Shown here: positions 58,937 to 64,000 of the stretch, piece by piece | How the letters are laid out: every line of letters begins with the position of its first letter | Position numbering within the stretch: the stretch's first letter is position 1 | Assembly: GCA_963539155.1 (NCBI GenBank) | Contig: CAUTJX010000002.1 | Span: 17,238 to 81,237, forward strand | Direction: 5' to 3' | From: an uncultured Candidatus Saccharibacteria bacterium | GTDB lineage: Bacteria; Patescibacteriota; Saccharimonadia; Saccharimonadales; Saccharimonadaceae | DNA: 64,000 nucleotides | Made by a program: the position numbers and the translations under genes | The notes under the pieces: model-generated | What the model saw: only the letters and a program-made list of their open reading frames with translations | Database searches by the model: none | Told to the model about the DNA's origin: nothing

Positions 58937-59113
58937 TCATTCTATTAGTCTCCTCATCGCTTTTACTATCTCCTCATCAGCAACAGTCACAATTGTGTTG
59001 TTTGCTTTGAAATGAGAGTCTGGTTTCTTATCAAAATATTTTCGCATAATATCGCCCGCCTCCAGCGCCACGCTTTTCGCAAAATCTAGCCATTCTTGAT
59101 GCTGATTAGTCAT
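58937..59113 (-). pseudogene. Inositol monophosphatase (SuhB-family) remnant, 58 aa
   Basis: Manual translation MTNQHQEWLDFAKSVALEAGDIMRKYFDKKPDSHFKANNTIVTVADEEIVKAMRRLIE*. Matches the IMPase N-terminal helix and VT.AD motif, then stops. Confidence 0.7.
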
Positions 59114-59684
59114 GATTTGCCTCTGTTTGCAACGATTTTGTCATTAACCGTAGCTTATATACCTGCGGATTAGGCTTGCCGAAGAGAAAATCATACGTAT
59201 CGCTACCGCCTACCTGCTGATAACTGTAGCCTAGTTTTTCGTATAGTCTTTTCGCTGGTTCATTTGAGATTTCAACACCCAGTCCAATCATAGAAAAACC
59301 TTGGCGGCGGGCTTCATTTTCTGCTGCCGCGATAAGCATAGTCGCCAAGCCCCGACGTCGATAATCCTCATCAATTTCCAGCGCATTGATTTGCGGTAAA
59401 CCTGGAAAATCCTTTTCAATGATAGATGTCTCATCACCCCAGTCATGCCGCAAGGTCACTCTGCCGACATAGCGTCCATCTGCCTCTACTGCCAACACTA
59501 CTGCCTTTTTCTGTTTAATTAGATCGCGCAGTTCCGTCTCATAATCGTCAGATATATACATCTCTTTTTTAAGACGAGTAAATGAGCTGCTGCCAAACGA
59601 CACCGCCTCAATAACTGGTGCGTTGTTATTAGGCGAGTATTCGCCGTTGGTATCTTTAAGCAACTCTTGTTTGCTAGCTGGCAC
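59106..59684 (-). CDS. GNAT-family N-acetyltransferase
   Basis: LEIDEDYRRRGLATMLI (motif A), N.PAKRLYEKLGY (motif B). Confidence 0.92.
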   Translation of the reverse strand: MPASKQELLKDTNGEYSPNNNAPVIEAVSFGSSSFTRLKKEMYISDDYETELRDLIKQKKAVVLAVEADGRYVGRVTLRHDWGDETSIIEKDFPGLPQINALEIDEDYRRRGLATMLIAAAENEARRQGFSMIGLGVEISNEPAKRLYEKLGYSYQQVGGSDTYDFLFGKPNPQVYKLRLMTKSLQTEANHD

Positions 59685-59699
59685 TAGTATTATTTCCTT

Positions 59700-59943
59700 T
59701 CAAAAAATCACCTCTTTTGACTTCGAGAATCCGCTGGAGGTGTTTCAAACGGACGGTACCATCTCGATTCCAAAAGAAGTGATTCTTTTAGCTCTTTCTT
59801 ATGCTATTTACGCAAGCTCACGGCGGGGTCTAATCTCAGCTTATAAAACCGATTTCTTCCCGCAGGCTTCGCGGTTGATAACCGCTCATTTCGCGCTAGC
59901 CCTGCCAGAGAATACCTCATCAAGCACACGCGAAAACGCCCTT
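59700..59943 (-). ncRNA. T-box riboswitch, Ile (AUC specifier)
   Basis: On - strand: stem I (GCUUGAUGA...GCAGG...CCUGC GGGAA GAAAUC...AAGC) with AUC at 59851-59853; antiterminator UCGAGA-UGGUACC-GUCCG...CGGAU-UCUCGA (59723-59767); upstream of ileS. Confidence 0.85.
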
Positions 59944-59969
59944 ACTCACATTTTACTACATAAAATTAA

Positions 59970-60011
59970 ATAACGCTATATCTAGCGTAAGCACACTAGA
60001 TATAGCGTTAT
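59970..60011 (-). terminator. Intrinsic terminator upstream of the T-box promoter
   Basis: Perfect 16-bp IR ATAACGCTATATCTAG / CTAGATATAGCGTTAT followed by a U-rich tract on -. Confidence 0.8.
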
Positions 60012-60032
60012 CTCGAGCCAATCCAAACTAAA

Positions 60033-60713
60033 TCATTTTACTTCCAAACCACCCAAAACGCACTCGCCGCGCAGATAGATTGTCTTTTTGGCGGAAGATT
60101 TGGATACGGTTTTATCCTCGCTGCCGCCCAAAATGCCGTGAACTTCGTTTTTAACGATCACGTCGTCAGGCATATTGATGTTGACACCGCCGCAAAACGT
60201 AAAGACGTCGATGACCGCGCCGTCCTTAATTTTCGCTTGGCGCAAATCCAACTCCACGCCGCCAAATATAGCCGTTACCGAACCGCTAGTATAATCACCT
60301 TTCACCCGCGACTCTTCACCGTAAAAAATTGCAATTTTTTCATTACCGCTATCATCAGCTGATTTTTTAGACCGCTTGCGGCCGCCTGAACCGACACTTA
60401 CCGTCAAGCCGATAGCGATCAACATCACCGGCCAAAATATCTTCCAAACGCTAATATTAATTACACCGTAAGCGCCCAAGCCAATGGACACACCGATAGT
60501 CATTAGCAGTAATCCCCACACCCGCAGCGAGGCCCTGCGAGAACTGAATATCGTCATCAGACCAGCCAAAACCAGACCAACCGCCCAAACAGTTTCCCAG
60601 AACACGTGCCAGCTATCAAACTTGATAATCTCGAGATTCCTCAGTAACAGAACCCCGCCGAACGCCGCAATGGTAACGCCAAAGAACGCTCTAACAAGAA
60701 AATTTTTCTTCAT
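60033..60713 (-). CDS. LiaF-like membrane protein (4 TM + C-terminal beta-solenoid, cell-envelope-stress type)
   Basis: Four TMs, FWP.LI.IG, AIFGGVELDLR, FCGGV.I..P, GILGG, VLGGLEVK. Confidence 0.8.
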   Translation of the reverse strand: MKKNFLVRAFFGVTIAAFGGVLLLRNLEIIKFDSWHVFWETVWAVGLVLAGLMTIFSSRRASLRVWGLLLMTIGVSIGLGAYGVINISVWKIFWPVMLIAIGLTVSVGSGGRKRSKKSADDSGNEKIAIFYGEESRVKGDYTSGSVTAIFGGVELDLRQAKIKDGAVIDVFTFCGGVNINMPDDVIVKNEVHGILGGSEDKTVSKSSAKKTIYLRGECVLGGLEVK

Positions 60714-60806
60714 ACCATCATTATGACATATCAATCTCAGCTAGTAAAACTATCGCTTCCGGCAACAACTTCTTCATTGCCATAACCAACCACTAAATTG
60801 CCTGAA

Positions 60807-61415
60807 CTAGACAATTTGACTACCAAACTTAGCCAAAATCGCCATAATCACCAGCGCCGCCACCGAGGCCAGTACTAACGTATCGTAGCCCTTGTCAACA
60901 AACTGGCGCAACCCGCGGTGTTCAATAATTTTGTTCAAAACATTGTGCCTGGTTAGTCCATAAAAAATCAGCAGCATACCCGCGTCCAGTGTCAAGCACC
61001 ACGGACACAACGCACCAATCTCGACATAACTCATGTAGAACATCCAACCAGCAAATAGCAAGCCCGCCACCGCGCCAAGCTGCGCGCCCCACATAAACCA
61101 CTTCGGAAACTTCGTACCCGCCAGCAACGCCACCGCAATTGTCACCATCACCGGCAGCGTCATCATACCAATAAAACTATTAGGGAAGCCAAGCGGCGCC
61201 GCCGACCAATGGTTCGCCACCGTCGAACAACTCATCGCCGCGTTCAAGTCACAGTTCAACACGGCATGCGAATTTTTAGCAAGCGTCAGCGATTCAATCG
61301 ACAACACAAACGAAGCCAACAAGCCCAAGCCGCTACCAACCAGCATCAATAGCGCCGCCAACTGCCGGCGCTTTACTTCTTTGCCTGGCAGCTGCTTGTG
61401 CAACTTCTCAAACAT
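60807..61415 (-). CDS. Vitamin K epoxide reductase (VKOR) family protein
   Basis: Loop Cys pair C.LN..MSC..V, GFPN..IG, active-site CPWC. Confidence 0.92.
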   Translation of the reverse strand: MFEKLHKQLPGKEVKRRQLAALLMLVGSGLGLLASFVLSIESLTLAKNSHAVLNCDLNAAMSCSTVANHWSAAPLGFPNSFIGMMTLPVMVTIAVALLAGTKFPKWFMWGAQLGAVAGLLFAGWMFYMSYVEIGALCPWCLTLDAGMLLIFYGLTRHNVLNKIIEHRGLRQFVDKGYDTLVLASVAALVIMAILAKFGSQIV

Positions 61416-61665
61416 AAAAACTTACCTCGCTAATTGTTGGCAGAGGAAGCCCGCGCCACATATTCTGCATCTGGCTATCAGCACTCAGCGCGATAATCGT
61501 TGGGTATTCAACGATATCGTACGTCCGGCAAAAATCACTGCCCTCAGCCGAATCTGGGTCAACTTCCTCAATCGTGTGCCCTGTCTGCCGATTAAAGTCA
61601 TGCAAAAAATCTATAACTCGGCGCGCGTAATCGCTTTCCGCCCGGTACACCACAACTACTCGCAT
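61408..61665 (-). CDS. Small hypothetical protein, possible thioredoxin-like fold without CxxC
   Basis: 85 aa, YDIVEYPTIIAL (cis-Pro loop-like); overlaps nrdR and the VKOR gene. Confidence 0.7.
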   Translation of the reverse strand: MRVVVVYRAESDYARRVIDFLHDFNRQTGHTIEEVDPDSAEGSDFCRTYDIVEYPTIIALSADSQMQNMWRGLPLPTISEVSFYV

Positions 61666-62117
61666 TATTCCTGCCCTTTCTGGCGGCGCTGCTCTAATAT
61701 TTTGACGAAATCATCCAACGTCTTGAACTTTTGAAATACGCTGGCAAAGCGCACATATGCGACTTCGTTACGTTTTGCTAGCTCGTCAAGTACAAACTCG
61801 CCAATCAAACGAGATTCAATTTCGCTCTCACCCAAGCTATGCGCGCGGTCTTCCACGGCATCGATTATTTCCTCCAGTTCAACTTCCGATTTGAAGAACT
61901 TACCAACTGAACGGCGGATAGAATTGGCTAACTTTGCCCGCTCAAACAATTCGCGAGCTCCGCTAGATTTAATAACTGCCAAATTCGGACGTTCGATTCG
62001 CTCATACGTCGTAAAACGCTTGCCATCGGGGGTTTCGCGGCGGCGGCGAATCGTAATACCGTCAGCCGATTCTCTCGACTCTAGTACGCGACTGTTGCCG
62101 ATTTTAATCCCTTTCAT
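61665..62117 (-). CDS. nrdR: Transcriptional repressor NrdR (no zinc-ribbon cysteines)
   Basis: V.ESR, IRRRRE, RFTTYE, ATP-cone VIKS.G.RE.F, VAYVRFASV. Confidence 0.93.
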   Translation of the reverse strand: MKGIKIGNSRVLESRESADGITIRRRRETPDGKRFTTYERIERPNLAVIKSSGARELFERAKLANSIRRSVGKFFKSEVELEEIIDAVEDRAHSLGESEIESRLIGEFVLDELAKRNEVAYVRFASVFQKFKTLDDFVKILEQRRQKGQE

Positions 62118-63320
62118 TTAATCCTCGTTGTTATGCTTATTTTTTCGGCGACGCCGCAAAAAGGCTGGCGTATCGTCTTCATCATCCTCATCAACCGAAC
62201 TGCCCCATATATCTGCTGTATCCTCGCTGGCAAATTGTGCTGCTGCCGACTGATGCGACAAGTCCATATCGATGTCATCGACAGCTTCGCTAATTGATTG
62301 CGTTTGAACAGCTGGCGCTTGTTCTGCTGGCGCCGTTAATTCCTCTGCCTGCTGCTGATAGTACGCATTATCAAAGCCAGTCGCGATCACGGTGATAATT
62401 AACTCGTCTTCTAATTCCGGCTTCAATGTGGCGCCGAATATAATATTAGCATCTGGGCTAACAGCACTCGTGATAATTTCGGCAGCTTCTTGAATTTCCG
62501 CCATACTCATATCGTAACCGCCAGTGACATTAAAGAGTACACCCTTAGCACCATCGATCGATACTTCAATTAGCGGCGACTCAATCGCTTGCTGCGCCGC
62601 TTGCGCCGCCCGGCCTTCACCACTAGCCCGGCCGATACCCATTAGTGCTGATCCGGCATTACTCATGATGGCTTTGACATCGGCGAAGTCGAGATTAATC
62701 AAACCATGCTCAGTTATCAGCTCTGAAATACCCTGCACACCTTGGCGCAGTACATCATCGGCAATCTTGAAAGTCTCAAGCAACGGCGTCCGCCGGTCAA
62801 TGGTTTGCAGCAGTCGATCATTCGGGATAGAAATTAGCGTATCGACTTGCCGACCCAGTTGAGCAATCGCCCACTCAGCATTAGCCCGGCGCTTTTCGCC
62901 TTCGAAGCTAAACGGCTTGGTAGCCACGCCAACAGTCAAAATACCGAGATCGCGCGCTACTTCAGCTACCACATGACCCGCTCCCGAGCCGGTTCCACCG
63001 CCAGCACCAATCGTCACAAACACCATATCGGCTCCCTCTAGCGATTCGCGAATTTCATCAATCGACTCGCGGGCTGCTGCTTCACCAACGGCTGGATCGG
63101 CCCCAGCTCCCAAACCATTCGTGGTATTATGACCCAAGTGAATTTTGACATCAGCTTTTGAATTATGCAAAGCCTGCGCGTCTGTATTCATAGCTATAAA
63201 CTGGACGCCATTTAGCCCCGCGTCTTTCATACGGTTAACCGCCGAACCGCCGGCGCCGCCGACGCCAACGACTTTGATGCTTGCGAATGTTTGGATTTCG
63301 CTCGGTTTTACCTCTGGCAT
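62118..63320 (-). CDS. ftsZ: Cell division protein FtsZ
   Basis: VVGVGGAG, NTDAQAL, GGGTGSG, INLDFADV, C-terminal D.PAFLRR. Confidence 0.98.
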   Translation of the reverse strand: MPEVKPSEIQTFASIKVVGVGGAGGSAVNRMKDAGLNGVQFIAMNTDAQALHNSKADVKIHLGHNTTNGLGAGADPAVGEAAARESIDEIRESLEGADMVFVTIGAGGGTGSGAGHVVAEVARDLGILTVGVATKPFSFEGEKRRANAEWAIAQLGRQVDTLISIPNDRLLQTIDRRTPLLETFKIADDVLRQGVQGISELITEHGLINLDFADVKAIMSNAGSALMGIGRASGEGRAAQAAQQAIESPLIEVSIDGAKGVLFNVTGGYDMSMAEIQEAAEIITSAVSPDANIIFGATLKPELEDELIITVIATGFDNAYYQQQAEELTAPAEQAPAVQTQSISEAVDDIDMDLSHQSAAAQFASEDTADIWGSSVDEDDEDDTPAFLRRRRKNKHNNED

Positions 63321-63368
63321 TACAACTCCTTACCCCTTATTCTCTGGATCTTATTTCTAGTATATCAC

Positions 63369-64000
63369 CTATGGCCGAAACCTGTTAAATAGCGAACGGA
63401 AAAGCCCGCCTTTACTGCCCGACTTGCTAGAATCAACCGCAGCACTATGATAGCCGTCAGGATTAATATCAACCAACATTAAGCCAATTGCCGCCGCGAA
63501 TTCAGGTTTATCAACATTATCGACCACGCCGCCATAACCCTTAGCTTTACCTTTACGAACAGCTACACCGAGCTGGGCTTTGGCAAATTCAACGATACCT
63601 TTCATATTAGCTGTCCCGCCCGTTAGAACAGCACCGCTCGGCAGGCGTCCGGCACGGCCAGCTTTCTTCAATTCTTTGTTAACCGCTTCAAAAATCTCTT
63701 CTAACCGCGCCTCAACAATTTCATCGATATCGGCAATATCAAATTCTAGACTCTCACCATCGTGTTTAATCGAAACTTTGCTAGATTTGTTGCGGTTAGT
63801 AGCCGATGCATGTTTTAGCTTTACTTCTTCAGCTATTTCTGGATCAATTTTCAGTCCAATCGCCAAGTCGTTCGTTATATTAATGCCGCCATACGGTACC
63901 ACGCCAATATATTGCAGGTCACCCTCTTCATAGATTGCTACGCCAGTAGTCGCCCCACCGAGATCGATCACTGCCACGCCATTTTCCATCTGAGAATCGT
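63369..64000 (-). CDS. ftsA: Cell division protein FtsA (C-terminal part; N-terminus outside window)
   Basis: DLGGATT, GG..ITNDLA.GL, AE..K, EARLEEIF, VLTGG, C-terminal amphipathic helix; directly upstream of ftsZ. Confidence 0.95.
   Translation of the reverse strand, partial: DSQMENGVAVIDLGGATTGVAIYEEGDLQYIGVVPYGGINITNDLAIGLKIDPEIAEEVKLKHASATNRNKSSKVSIKHDGESLEFDIADIDEIVEARLEEIFEAVNKELKKAGRAGRLPSGAVLTGGTANMKGIVEFAKAQLGVAVRKGKAKGYGGVVDNVDKPEFAAAIGLMLVDINPDGYHSAAVDSSKSGSKGGLFRSLFNRFRP

Noticed and set aside
1..64000. UGA-to-Gly recoding (code 25 of Gracilibacteria/Absconditabacteria)
   Set aside because: RF2 is present, conserved genes are full length under code 11, and several end at TGA at the expected position.
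1..64000. CRISPR array, tRNA/rRNA genes, transposases, prophage
   Set aside because: No repeat-spacer array, cloverleaf, rRNA-like stretch or transposase/integrase/phage motifs seen by eye. The only tandem repeats are coding 18-mers.
1..64000. Apparent abundance of CTAG/GCTAGC, seemingly lower in some aaRS genes (possible mosaic origin)
   Set aside because: Impression only; it needs k-mer observed/expected counts that I cannot compute, and CTAG does occur within those genes.

Overview
A gene-dense 64-kb chromosomal segment, mostly on the minus strand, from a small-genome bacterium. It is most likely Candidatus Saccharibacteria (TM7, Patescibacteria/CPR), inferred from gene content and style (homodimeric GlyRS, type-2 IleRS, DUF5663-like gene, Trm11-like methyltransferase, no pyrH in the rpsB-tsf-frr cluster). 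TGA is a stop and RF2 is present, so genetic code 11. Most of the window is housekeeping: translation (glyQS, serS, lysS, proS, ileS, prfA/B, prmC, tsf, rpsB, frr, rplU, rpmA, type-B rpmE), division and envelope (ftsZ, ftsA, ftsEX, CHAP hydrolase, murD, uppS, uppP, LCP), secA, lepB, parAB, xseAB, recO and nrdR. Orphan genes and a Doc/AbrB toxin-antitoxin pair are interspersed. The most unusual locus is ileS. (i) The 1348-aa IleRS carries an in-frame ~310-aa insert at the entry to the CP1 editing domain, made of a low-molecular-weight phosphatase domain (CX5RS) plus a NUDIX domain. (ii) It also carries a 120-bp in-frame palindromic DNA element. (iii) It lies behind an Ile (AUC) T-box riboswitch with an atypical expression platform. 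(iv) A GNAT gene and an inositol-monophosphatase remnant sit between the T-box and ileS. Two patterns span the window: loss of Cys zinc ligands (NrdR, GlyRS, IleRS, RecO, SecA, L31) and -10 hexamers lying 6-10 nt before start codons (leaderless-type genes). I recognised no rRNA, tRNA, CRISPR array or transposase. All calls come from motif reading; no database search was run.
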